From the NCBI GenBank assembly GCA_964106645.2, contig OZ067043.1: a stretch of DNA of 64,000 bases, one strand, 5' to 3'. This DNA comes from Podarcis pityusensis. Lineage: Eukaryota. The notes under the pieces are model-generated. The model was not told the DNA's origin and did no database searches. It saw nothing but the letters and a program-made list of their open reading frames with translations. Shown here one piece after another: positions 51,095 through 62,371 of this stretch. Within the stretch, counting starts at the first letter, position 1; every line of letters begins with the position of its first letter. A program made the translations under genes and the position numbers.

Positions 51095-52564
51095 TAACTT
51101 GTTTGAAATGCAAATATGTCACTGCTGAATGTTCAACGAAGCAATTTTAAGCTTCTTTTTTGTCTAGCACTCATTCACATATATGTACAGCTCCATTTGG
51201 GCTTTTGGTGGGCAAACAAACACAAGAGGAAGAATGGAAGTGTGCTACCAAGCCAGGGTGTTGTCTCTACTCAGTTTAGACCCCTCCATGAGTTTGAAGG
51301 TGAAGGGCTGAAGTGGGAAACCTCCACCGGTGGAGCCTTTCTGTGTGATTTAAAGCTCTGCACTAGATGCTGGGAGTCTCAGTGAATAAAGGAAGCTCCC
51401 TGCTTTGGATCTTCACCCTCATATTCTAAGTGTGTAGAGATTCTGCACTGGAGGTGGGACATAGCAGCACCCCCTAATTCTTATGTGTCTATTTACACAT
51501 GAGATTGAGGGCCTGAATAGGGCTTATATGTAGATGTGTTTCTGTGCATGATTGCTTGCATCCTGAAGACAGAGACAAAGAGACAGAGAGATCACCATCA
51601 TTGCAATCCAAAATATATTCACTCAAAATTAAGTCCCACAGAATTGAATGGGCCTGACTCCTTGGTAAGTGCGCTTAGGATTGCAGCCGGTTTCTCTAAG
51701 TGGTGCGATGCAGCCTTTGAAGGAGAGAGACTTTTCCGTTATTACAAGCCATCGTCTCAGAACAAATCTAAATCTGCACATGGGGATTTTCTACAATCAT
51801 ATAGGTTTAGTTTTATTCTGACATTCTATTGCTATTCTGATCATTAGAAGGTATTAGCTTAAGTAGCATATTACCTAGAAGATCAGTATCATTTTCAGTT
51901 TTCTGTTCCTACTCTCTACACCGCTATTCTTTTCCTTTCTTTACCCTTTCCTGTCAATTATCTCATCTCTGCCTGCTGCCCATCTGAGCAAGCCAGCAGG
52001 ACCCCCCCCCCCAGTGCCCGCCAGACTGTCTCATTCAGCTAACTCTCAGGTTGCTGCTGATTGCCGTCTTTATTCATTACCAAAACACTTGCTACATAGC
52101 GCTTGAGCCCTGGCAACCAAACTCTAAATCCTGCCAGCAAGACCATAATTACTAGTACGCTGCAAACAGGGGACGGAGTCTGCTGTGAGTTGTTAGAAAC
52201 AGAAATGAAGAGAGACCCTTGCTATTTTCCTGTAACTGTAGCTGGCCAGTTACTTGTTGGTTGGTAGATATTAATGATGAAGCTCATTCATTTTTAACAA
52301 GGTTTATCAGGTGCAAAATGTACTTCCAAACAAACCTCACAGATCTGCCAGAGATAGCACTTGTAACTATTTATGGCCAGGATTTTATTTTTTAACAAAT
52401 GTATCCTTATGTATAGATTTATGATGAATTCGGAGCCACCAGCCAAGTTTTAAAGCAGCACCCATTCTGAAAAATGATGCTTCTGAAACACTTGACATAT
52501 TACACTATATATACATTAAACTCTGTCCAATATATATTTACATGTGTGTGCATAGTGTCTTTTT

Positions 52565-52712
52565 NNNNNNNNNNNNNNNNNNNNNNNNNNNNNNNNNNNN
52601 NNNNNNNNNNNNNNNNNNNNNNNNNNNNNNNNNNNNNNNNNNNNNNNNNNNNNNNNNNNNNNNNNNNNNNNNNNNNNNNNNNNNNNNNNNNNNNNNNNNN
52701 NNNNNNNNNNNN
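52565..52712. other. Assembly gap (148 N)
   Basis: Run of N. Confidence 0.99.
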
Positions 52713-55499
52713 TTAGAGCATCAATATGACAAATGGGTTTTTGGTTTGTTTGTTTTTACCAAAGTCTGCATATTTTTAAACGAACAACATCCTGAATACT
52801 GGTGTCCTGGACACTGCTGGTCTGGTCTGAGGTCAAGACATACGAGCTATCCAACACATTTCATTTCATTACCAACACAACTCCCAACAAATTGGCCCAA
52901 TATCATTTAACAACCATAAATATTTTGTTACCAGTCATACTTTCTTAAGAACCTATGGAAGCAACCATTTTATGAAGATATGCTAGCTGAGGGGCAACAG
53001 TGGAAAGTGTTATAAGCCAGTGCAATGCTAGATATGCTGGCCCAACTTCTTGGATACAGCTGCGGAACACTCCACCAGTGTTCCTGCCACACCAGAGAAA
53101 ACATGCTAGCGGAATGGAAAATGTGGTCTCCCCAGCATGAGGAACATTGGATGTTCCACCAAGCTAGTGCTCCTATTGTTGCCCACATGATCCAGGAATA
53201 TAGAATTGGATCTTGAGGGAGGGAGTGGGTTGTGGGTGGGAAGTCAAATACCCCATGATGTGTGTGCTGCCTATCTGTTGCTGTGGCTAAACTGCATTGT
53301 GGTATTTGCAGAGAAAACTCTCCTGGGCCTGACTGCTGTTGGCCAGGCCTGCAAAAAGTGAGTGTGGCTGTTCCCACTCACTTGCCCCTGGTGCATTTGG
53401 AAATTACACCTCCTGGTTCCCATAGCTACAGCATATTTCACTCCAAGCATAATTGGTTTATAGAATTGCTTACCCTGGCTACAGTTTGGTGCACTGCTCA
53501 ATAAGACTTGTTTGTTTTCATGTTATTTAAATGTACATAACTGTACACTGGAGTAAAGCATAAATCTGTTAAAATGTTTAACCAGGCAAATTTCTGAATG
53601 CTCACGACTTTCTAACGCAGTTGAAAAGCAAAAATTTAAAAACTGAGTCATCCATATGTGGCATTTATCCAATTCTGTAAGTCCGTATTATCGATGCAAC
53701 TTTTAATACTAAACAAAAGTTTCACAGAGAAGAACGGTATGAATACCCAATATTATATATGGAATAGACACTTTGTTGATACACAGTCAAACAGATTTGC
53801 TTTAAAAGAAAAGAGAAATCTAATTTACTGTACCAGCTTGGAAGACCTTGCCCCTGGATTTGTTTGCAGCGCTTTGCTTAAGGTTTAATTCTATTGATTA
53901 CACATTCCATTTCCAAAGTGCCATTTGCCTGAAGGAGCAGGTGGTGTTTGCTGTTTCCATTTAACTGATATATTAGCCATGTGGTGCACTGCATCAGTGG
54001 GCAGTATTAATCAATTTATCGCAAGATGACAGAGAGAATCACTCACACAGCAGAATTGTAAGAGGGAGAAAAAAGGACAAAGGCAAGAAAATAATGACCA
54101 CTAATGGAGAACCTGAGAACAGTGGAAAAACTCTGGGGTTTTGAATGGCTAGTCCTGTTAGTCCTTCCTAAAATCTGAACGAGATCTGAAAAAAGCCAGC
54201 AAGCATCCAGATAATAGGAGGATTTTCATGAAATTTTAAATACAGGAGATGCTTAGATTTCAGAGGAAATTGAACAGTGCTTTGGATATATAGGAGTAAT
54301 ATTTTTCATTATACAATCACCTGTAATACCTTATGTGATTTTTAGTCTAAAATGCATGAAACCACATGCAATCAAAGACACATCAGAAGAGTACTGCTTT
54401 TTGCACTATGTACATTTCCACCATTAAGCCTAAACATGCAGTCTCGTGATAAAGTAAAATATATTTTGTCATATAATCAGTTGGATGCTCTGTGCACTTT
54501 TATCAGTGACATTCATGTAACCATTTGCAAGATCAGATCCTTTTAGGATAGCTCACCCACTTTTATGACAGCTTCACACAATCACGTGATAGTTATGTAA
54601 TTTGTCCATGTTAACAGCATCAATGCAGTGATGTGATTAGGTAATTTCAGACTTGGGAACTCTTTAGATGGTAATGTGTATTACTTCACTTGCCTCGAAT
54701 TACAGCAAGCTAGCCCTGCTGCACTTGGGGGTCTTCTTCCTCATTCTATTGAGTAGGCCCTGTCTCAAAGACTTGCCCTTACAGCACCACTGTATCAAAT
54801 AATCATATCTGATTGGTTACATGGCATCACGATGTCATAACGCTTAAGTGGTCCCTTATTGGTTGGGACTGTACAGCACAGTAGAAAGAAAAAATTAAAA
54901 ATAGCACTGAAGCAGCACCCTACCTGGCTTGTGAAGAGGACTGAAAGCCTACTGCAATATAATGTTTGTGTATGTATAGTATGTAACTAAAAATTCAATA
55001 AAGATCATCTAAAGAAGAAGAAGAGGCTTTGAGCAACATTTTACATCATTCAAAAGCGAGTTTTTGTTGTTCAAAAAATAAAGCCTCATAAAAGTTCAGC
55101 ACAACCCTAATCAGTGCTAGCACATTTACTTCATTTATATTATCTATAAGATCTCCTTATATATCAGTGTTTGTTTAGATTGCTTAATACGTTATATTGC
55201 TTTAGTATAGTGAAGTGCCATATTACACTGAAGCTACACTCTATAAATTAGCAAATAAAATAATGTTTGAGGATCCTGTCTAAATGATGTAATGTTAAAA
55301 TGAATCAAGCACTTAATGAGAGCCAAGGAATCATTCTGCAATGGAGGACAATGTTGCATAATTCAGTACAATAAAGTTTTAACAGCTCTAATAGCTGCAT
55401 TTTATAATGTAAACCTGACCAACTTTTCAATTAGAAACCACTTTATATACCTAATAGCTGCTTTGGATATTTTTAAACAAAACATGTGCACTTTACCAG

Positions 55500-55506
55500 G
55501 AGAGAG

Positions 55507-55540
<34 letters not shown>
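55500..55540. repeat. (GA)n microsatellite
   Basis: gagagagaaagaaagagagag... run. Confidence 0.95.
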
Positions 55541-55543
<3 letters not shown>

Positions 55544-56269
55544 ACATTTAAGGGTCATGGACATTGGAATGGGATGTCTGAAACAGATAGGCCTGTCTCC
55601 AATTGGTATGAAACACTGGGGGGATGTAGAGGTTGTACCTGGAGTTGTGAGAATTATGTTGTGTATAGAGAGGTCAGAGGAGGGGAGGATTTCAGACCAT
55701 GTGATCACACCTAAATCAAAAATAAAAAGAGACAAAAATTAAATAAACTAGAATTATAAAAAACGCTGTAACTACAAGAGCGACAGCTGCCTAAACCCCA
55801 TTCACATCATGTCTCAGTAGTTCAAAACTATGAAATAAAAATACATATCCTACTTACTTGTAGAGAAAGAGAAGGGGCCTGGTGAACCTGGATAATAAGT
55901 CCATGCCCTTTGATCTACCCAAGCATGAAAAATATTAATTTCATATAAGATCGTCAGGGCCAAGCTATTTCATTTAGCTAAAAAGAAAATATCCAAAGGT
56001 GCTTCCAGGCTGAGAGTATTTAGCACCACCCACGCATTGTTCTACTATTGTAAGCTACATAAATTTTCATCCTTCGGAAGATATACTATCTTGTTAAATA
56101 AACTACAGGGCAAAGACTGCAAATTCCACATTAAAACATCTAGTGTGCAAATACCCTAAGTAGGTGTTGGTGTGCTGCACATGTATTGGTGCATTTTTAA
56201 TTTTCTATTTTATTTATTGGTAACGGTTGTAGATGGAGAGAAACACACACAGAGAGAAAACAAGTACAT

Positions 56270-56710
56270 TTATCTATCTTTGCTGCCAGTGCAAACAACT
56301 GGAAAAGAGTTGTTTTCATATTATAAAATATTTATATTAAAAAGGGGAGATTTGATTGGCCACATTGCTTTGGAATTTGCTATGATGAAAGCTGGAGCAC
56401 AACAACATAGCTATCTTGCAACAAGCCTGTGCCATCCAGAGCATTGTGGTGGAGTCATTACATGCTACAGAGACAAGTATGGCTGCCAAGAAGATTCTCC
56501 AGAAACTCAGGAGTGCCCTTGGTGATGCAATTAAAACTGTGAACTTTATTAACTCACAGCTGGCACATTGAGGAATCTTTGCAATCTTATTTGAAGTAAT
56601 GGGAGCCTATGAAACCATTGATTACTACCTACTGAGGTTTCCTAGCTCAGAATGGAAGAAGGATTGACAAGAATATACGAATGGCAAAGCTGAAGTTCCT
56701 ATTTGTTTCT
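56270..56710 (+). pseudogene. Fossil hAT (Charlie/Buster group) transposase fragment
   Basis: Across frameshifts: LPVQTTGKELF...DWPHCFGICYDEAGA...WSHYMLQRQ/AAKK...LGDAIKTVNFINS...IFAILFEVMGA.../LLPTEVS*L...LTRIYE. This is collinear with the Charlie/ZBED5-type motif order TTGxEIF, W..C.GIC.DGA, HC..HR..LA.K, VK.VNFIK, LC..MG, TEVRWLS. Confidence 0.8.
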
Positions 56711-56753
56711 CCAGGTCAACACAACCTCACTGCTTGCAAGTCACTTAAAAATA

Positions 56754-56979
56754 CAGTGGTACCTCAAGTTACATACACTTCAGGTTACAGACCCCGCTAA
56801 CCCAGAAATAGTGCTTCAGGTTAAGAACTTTGCTTCAGGATAAGAACAGAAATCATGTTCTGGCGGTGTGGCGGCAGCAGGAGGCCCCATTAGCTAAAGT
56901 GGTGCTTCAGGTTAAGAACAGTTTCAGGTTAAGAACAGACCTCCGGAACGAATTAAGTACTTAACCCGAGGTACCACTA
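56754..56979. mobile_element. Tigger/pogo-type MITE, second copy of the 46672 family (226 bp)
   Basis: TA-CAGTGGTACCTCAAGTTA ... TAACCCGAGGTACCACTA-TA; interior nearly identical to 46672-46913. Confidence 0.92.
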
Positions 56980-57786
56980 TAGTCTTGTTCTCTTGGTGTA
57001 ACAGATATGAACATATAAGTTCTCTCTCTGTGTATAGAAGACCATGGGGTCATTCATTACAAACAGAATTGTGATCCTCAAATGTACATCTAGATTATCT
57101 GGTTAAATTACCATTACTGGAAGACTTTGTATAGCAGAACGCAAGCTTTGGCCAACACTTCTATGGCCTACAAGACCAATTTCTTTGTACTTCTCAAGTG
57201 GGTACAACTATCATAATAAATCAAGAACTCAGGTTTTTCCTCATGTAAAGCCTGTCAGATAATTTAATCTCCCAAATAACAAAGTCCTACTAATTTGCCA
57301 AAGAGCAAGAAAAAATATTAAAAACAAGTCAGTAGTTTCTATATAGCTGTGACACAACACCACCAGCCCTTTAGCCAACCAAGTATTGTGGCTTGCAATC
57401 CCAAGCAGAAGGTTTATCAAATGCCCAGTTGCCTGGATCAGATGACTGATGGGGCTGCATTCAACCAGATAAATTAGAGGTTGTGCAAGGTTGTCATATG
57501 CGGTAAGTTCCATGATCAATATGCAGTCTTCAATATTTTGTTCAGATTTCCCTCCAAGTATAAGAATGTTCCTTTGGATTCACCTTTAGGGCTATTGAGA
57601 TAATGTTTAGGTAATAAAACACACAAACACAAAATAGGCTCAAAATATACTAGTGTAGCTTTTAGCAAAGGCCACAACGAAGCAAATCTGCTCACCCAGC
57701 AGAAAAGCCTTCCGTGTGAAGTGAGCAATACTCAGAAGAGAGAGACAATGTGAGAAAGGGCAACCAAATTCCATCTTTTTCTTTAT

Positions 57787-57912
57787 TCACTGCCTCTCAG
57801 CCTAACCTATCTCACCTGGTGTGGAGATTGAATGAGATAGGGAGAACCTTGAGCTCCTTGCACAAAAAAGGTGGAATATGAATATGAATGCAGCAATACA
57901 TAAATACATACA
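57787..57912 (+). mobile_element. Squam3/MIR-like SINE 3' half
   Basis: cactgcctctcagcctaacctatctcac..gtggagattgaatgaga..accttgagctccttg, then a (TACA/TAAA) tail. Confidence 0.65.
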
Positions 57913-59606
57913 CGAGAGAAATACATACATGAGAGAGGGAGAGAATGTGAAAAACTGTTATCCCAATTCCATATTTTTATTTAGGAAAACCCAGCCTTCT
58001 CAAAATGGGATGGTTATCCCAATTTATCTTCTCTTTAGCAAAACTCAACCTTTTTATTGTGTCTAAACTACTGATCCTATTCCAACATACAGGGAAAAAC
58101 AATGGAGAAAAGCCTGAAGAGAAAGTAAACAGAAAAAGAAAGGTTAAAAGGCTAAAAGAGGAGGGAGATACAAGAGAAATAATTAATTAGACTGATCTCT
58201 ATATGCTTTAGTAACCCCCCCTCACCCATCATCTCTTCTTTGAAAATGTACATTGGTTTATGAGACTGTAGAGATTTATAGCATGGCAATGTAACACCAG
58301 AAAAGAATGGATTCTAATTAAGAGATATATCAGTGGAATAGAACTTTGTCACAGGATAATGAACTCCTGCTGTGAGATAAATGCAGAAGCAAAACTTACG
58401 TGGTTTGTGAAAGTAAATAGTGAGGTGTTGCCAAGATGTTCCAAATGGGAAAATGTTTTGGTTTTTTCTAATAGCGGTATTTTTGTTTTAAATTTCTTTC
58501 ATCTGTTTGCTGTGTGTCATGTTTGTTGTTGTTTACATTTTTGGCAGAAATGTTTCTCACTTAGCAGAATTGATTTTGCCTTTTTCTTTTATACTAAATT
58601 ATGTTTGAAATAAAGGAGAAACTCACGTGTTCACTAGCATACATATTAATATAGTAGATTGGCCACCGTGGAATGAAAATCATTTGGGCATTCAGTTCAG
58701 AAAAACTGACGGGCTTTTTACATACTGCCTCAATATCCTTGGGAATACCTGTTGGATTCAGATATGCAGAAGCTTAAGCTAAATGCATTTGTGATACCCT
58801 GGATTCGGTTATTGTAGAAATGCTGCCAAAATTCTCTTCATCTAAATTTATACATGGACGTTGGAATTCTAAATTCCTAAATGAAAATTATGCATTAGAA
58901 ATCCTCTACTTGTTCTACTTTCTGAATCTCATATACAGTGCCAATCATGTGGTTTGCCACAGCTTTCAATTCTGTCACATTTCACTGTGCTCTTTCTTAC
59001 TTACACAAATAAGCACATTGATAAAACATCACAAATAGTTATCATGATATGATTATATCAAGATTCTCTTTGAAAATTGTGAAGGAATGAAAATCTTCCA
59101 CCATCTTGTATTTTGCAATGATTGCTATTTGTTTTAGAGGCTTTTTTTTACAAAGGAGGGTAAAAGTTTTTAGGAAGGTTAAAGTATACAGAAAAGGACT
59201 AAGAGAAAGCTCCAAAGGATCCCAGAAGCTGAACTGAGGAATGCAAATGGACAAAGATTGGCTGGATTATGTAAACTATCTACAATAGGTATAGCTGTAT
59301 GTCTTTATTTGCTCTTACGGGTGATGACCAAAACTGTAAAATTATATATTTTGTCTATAAGAATGTTCTCAAAAAATGTTTGTCTTGTTGCTTTACTAAA
59401 TCTCACAAGTAAAAGCATGGGTTGTTTGGGAAAACATTGGTCTGAGGCTTTGTTATTCACTCCTAAGTGCCTCGTATAGGGAGAAGGTAAAGGTAGCCAA
59501 TGGCCAAATGGACAAAGGGTTTTCTAGTTTGTGCAGTCAAAAAAGGTGACTTGCAAAAGAAAACTTGACTCATGTAATCACATTAAGTGATATCCCATGG
59601 AGATAT

Positions 59607-60150
59607 TGTGGCGAAGGTGATCAGATGATGATGGTTGGGAGGTGCTCGGAGACTTGGGGAGGAGGTCCTAGTGGGTTGGGGGATGAGAAATTGGGACTCC
59701 AGCATGTGATCTGGATGAGGGTCCCAGTAGATAAGAGGGAGACGGATTTGAGGTCTAGTGGCCTGTTAGAGGAGCAGCCTACCTCTGGGATACTGGACAC
59801 CTCAAGTTCTGCATCAGAGATGGCTCTATAGTCCCCTGTCATTGAAGAGCCCTTTCCTTTAGGGGAGGCATCTCAGAATAAATCTGACAGTAACCCAGGT
59901 TTGTTGACTCCCTCTGTCTCCAAGGACATGGAGGCAATAGCTCCAGCACAAGCAAGTCATGCATGCCCAGCATCTACAGAGCATTGCCCACTTGTTTGGA
60001 TATGACCATGCAAATAGCTGTGTCTGTCATGCTCTTCAAAAGGAGAGCACAGGGGACATGTCAATTGTTGGAACAATGTCTTAGCTGAGGCTAGCCAGGC
60101 CTCAGAGTGATCTGTTGTGCTTTAGCTGTCTAACCTATAACCGCATGTTG
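59607..60150 (+). mobile_element. Possible decayed LTR-type sequence
   Basis: GC/purine-richer block starting TGTGG with low-complexity, pseudo-coding texture resembling squamate Gypsy LTRs. No TSD or clear 3' CA found. Confidence 0.25.
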
Positions 60151-62149
60151 GGACACTGTTCTGATTTCATCAGAAGCTTTTAAAACTTCAAGTTGTGGCA
60201 ACAGGTCAAGTTCTGAGTGTGAGTTTGTTAATGAGCACCAGAAACAAAGCATAAGGAGAAGATATGAACAAATAGAAGGAAATGAATCTGCAGGAAACTT
60301 CATGCTCCAATTCTGGAATCATTTTAGAAATTCACACCATTAAATTGTAATTCAGGAGGAATAGAACTCAGGACAGAGCCAGTCCACAGGGCAATAACTG
60401 GAAAGGAGAAAATCAGTTTCTTTACTGCAGTTTTTTAATTGAAAAAGTGAGTAATATTGACTCATAGAATGATGCCATTCACATATATTCCCAGTAATCC
60501 TTATAACTGAATCACAGATCAGGAAATGAGATTGGACTGAAGGACAGTGAGTTCATGGCTGAGCTTGGATATGAAAGGCAAGTTGGTATCTAGCTCATAG
60601 AGTTAACATTCATAACCAACAGGCTACACTAACTCTTTGGGAGTCAGGAGCAGCAGCCAACATTACTTTTCCAAGTTCACATAATGTTTTAGCTTGGAGT
60701 CCTTGTGGCTTTATTAACTGGACAGCTCTTGCTCTGGTAGAAAGATCACCTACTTCCATAAATAGGCAATTCATATATATCCCAAGGATGATATTCCCCT
60801 CCCCATGCAATATAATCCATGCATTCAATAAATACGGCAGCATCACTGGAGCAGCAACCAGCACCAACTCTACTGATCTACATACATTAACTGAACATCT
60901 AAAAAGAACCCTGCTTATACTTGTGGGAGCTCCATTCAGGAGTTTGATTAAAGCATATATATCCTGTTGCCCATGCATGTTTATTGAACATGCAGATCAT
61001 ATAACATTAAAGGGTTCCTGGTCTGCAGGGAGTGAAGAAAATGCACACTTGCTGCATGAAAAAAATAATTCCACAACCATCTTTGGAAGCGATTACTGTG
61101 GCCAGTTAAAATGGTTTCTACCTATTCTTAGTACCTCTGTGTGAAAAAGGGCTATTTAGTAAAAATGGCAAAACTTGTCAACAATATTGGTCACATTTTA
61201 TTATATTGTTGTTATATTATTATATTATATTGTTGCTGCTATCATTTGCTCTTGGACTGTGAGCTCCCTGTGTGGCCCACCAACATGACGTTCAGGAGGC
61301 CTCCTCCCATTCGATTGTCATCACAAGGTTATACAAAGTCTGCTGCCCTGCAAGAACAGGATCCTTTGGAAGCACAGGCTCTGACAGACTTTGCACACAG
61401 CAAGGCATCCGTGACATCTTGGCGCCTGCCAGCTCCATTCTTGCTTGATTAGCTCTTGGTTACCACAGTGATAATGTCTGGAGGCACTGATTAATGTACA
61501 ATAATGGTACATCTCACTGGAAAGATAAGCTTATAGAAGATCAATTAAATGCTGGCAATTTCACAGACTACAAGCGGGAAGAATGGGGCTTGGAGCATTT
61601 TCCTTCAGCTATTTTTTTCAAAAAAAAAAACCCAGCTTTCCCTGCCTACTCTAGAATTTTCATGTAAAACAGCTGGTATTATAGAAGGAGGGGAGGGGGG
61701 AAAGAATGCCAATAAAATGAAAGGTGATGGTAACCTATTAAAATTACAAGGGGAAATGGAGATGAATAATGGCCCCAAACATTCCCTCAGCTGTCAAAAG
61801 AGTACATGTTCTGCTTTGATGACAGGAAGGGGGTTTTGCATGTGTTTTTTGTTTGGTGTGTGTGTGTTTTTAAACTTGACATAAATGTTACACAGGAGAA
61901 AGCTATTGTTTCATGCAATTGCATTGTTGCCAGGACAACCAAGTACCAAAGTTAATGTAGGTACATGTGCTAAAAGTGAATTCTTAAATTGGCATCAAAA
62001 GTGATTCAGAATAGAGATCATCCATAGGAAAACATAGTGACCTTAATGTAACAGAATTCTTCAACTGAAAGGTGAGCTTTCTCCTACAATTTCTGCAATA
62101 TATATAAAAGAAACTTAAGTTTCAAAAGTGTGAATACCACATTTCCATG

Positions 62150-62371
62150 ATTATGGTTTCTGTGGCTTCAAGAAAGGAGATTTCAACTTAACATCAGGAA
62201 GAACTTTCTGACAGTAAAAGCTATTTGACAGTGGAACGGACTCCCTTGGGAGGTGGTGAACTGTCCTTCCTTGGAGGTTATTTAGCACATGTTGGATGAC
62301 CACCTGTCATGTACAATCTGGTTGAGTGTTGGACTAGATGACCCTCAGTGTCGCAACTCTATAATTCTATG
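62150..62371 (+). mobile_element. CR1 LINE 3' end
   Basis: QERRFQLNIRKNFLTVKAI*QWNGLPWEVVNCPSLEVI*HMLDDHLS, followed by gttggactagatgaccct..caactctataattctatg terminus. Confidence 0.9.

Noticed and set aside
52474-52910. ORFs containing X runs
   Set aside because: Artefacts of translating through the N gap.
55540-55745. ORF fragment with ISDH, reminiscent of an APE endonuclease end
   Set aside because: A single short motif; not enough to call a LINE fragment.
60610-61452. Overlapping 100-120-aa ORFs on both strands
   Set aside because: No recognisable homology, codon pattern or exon boundaries.
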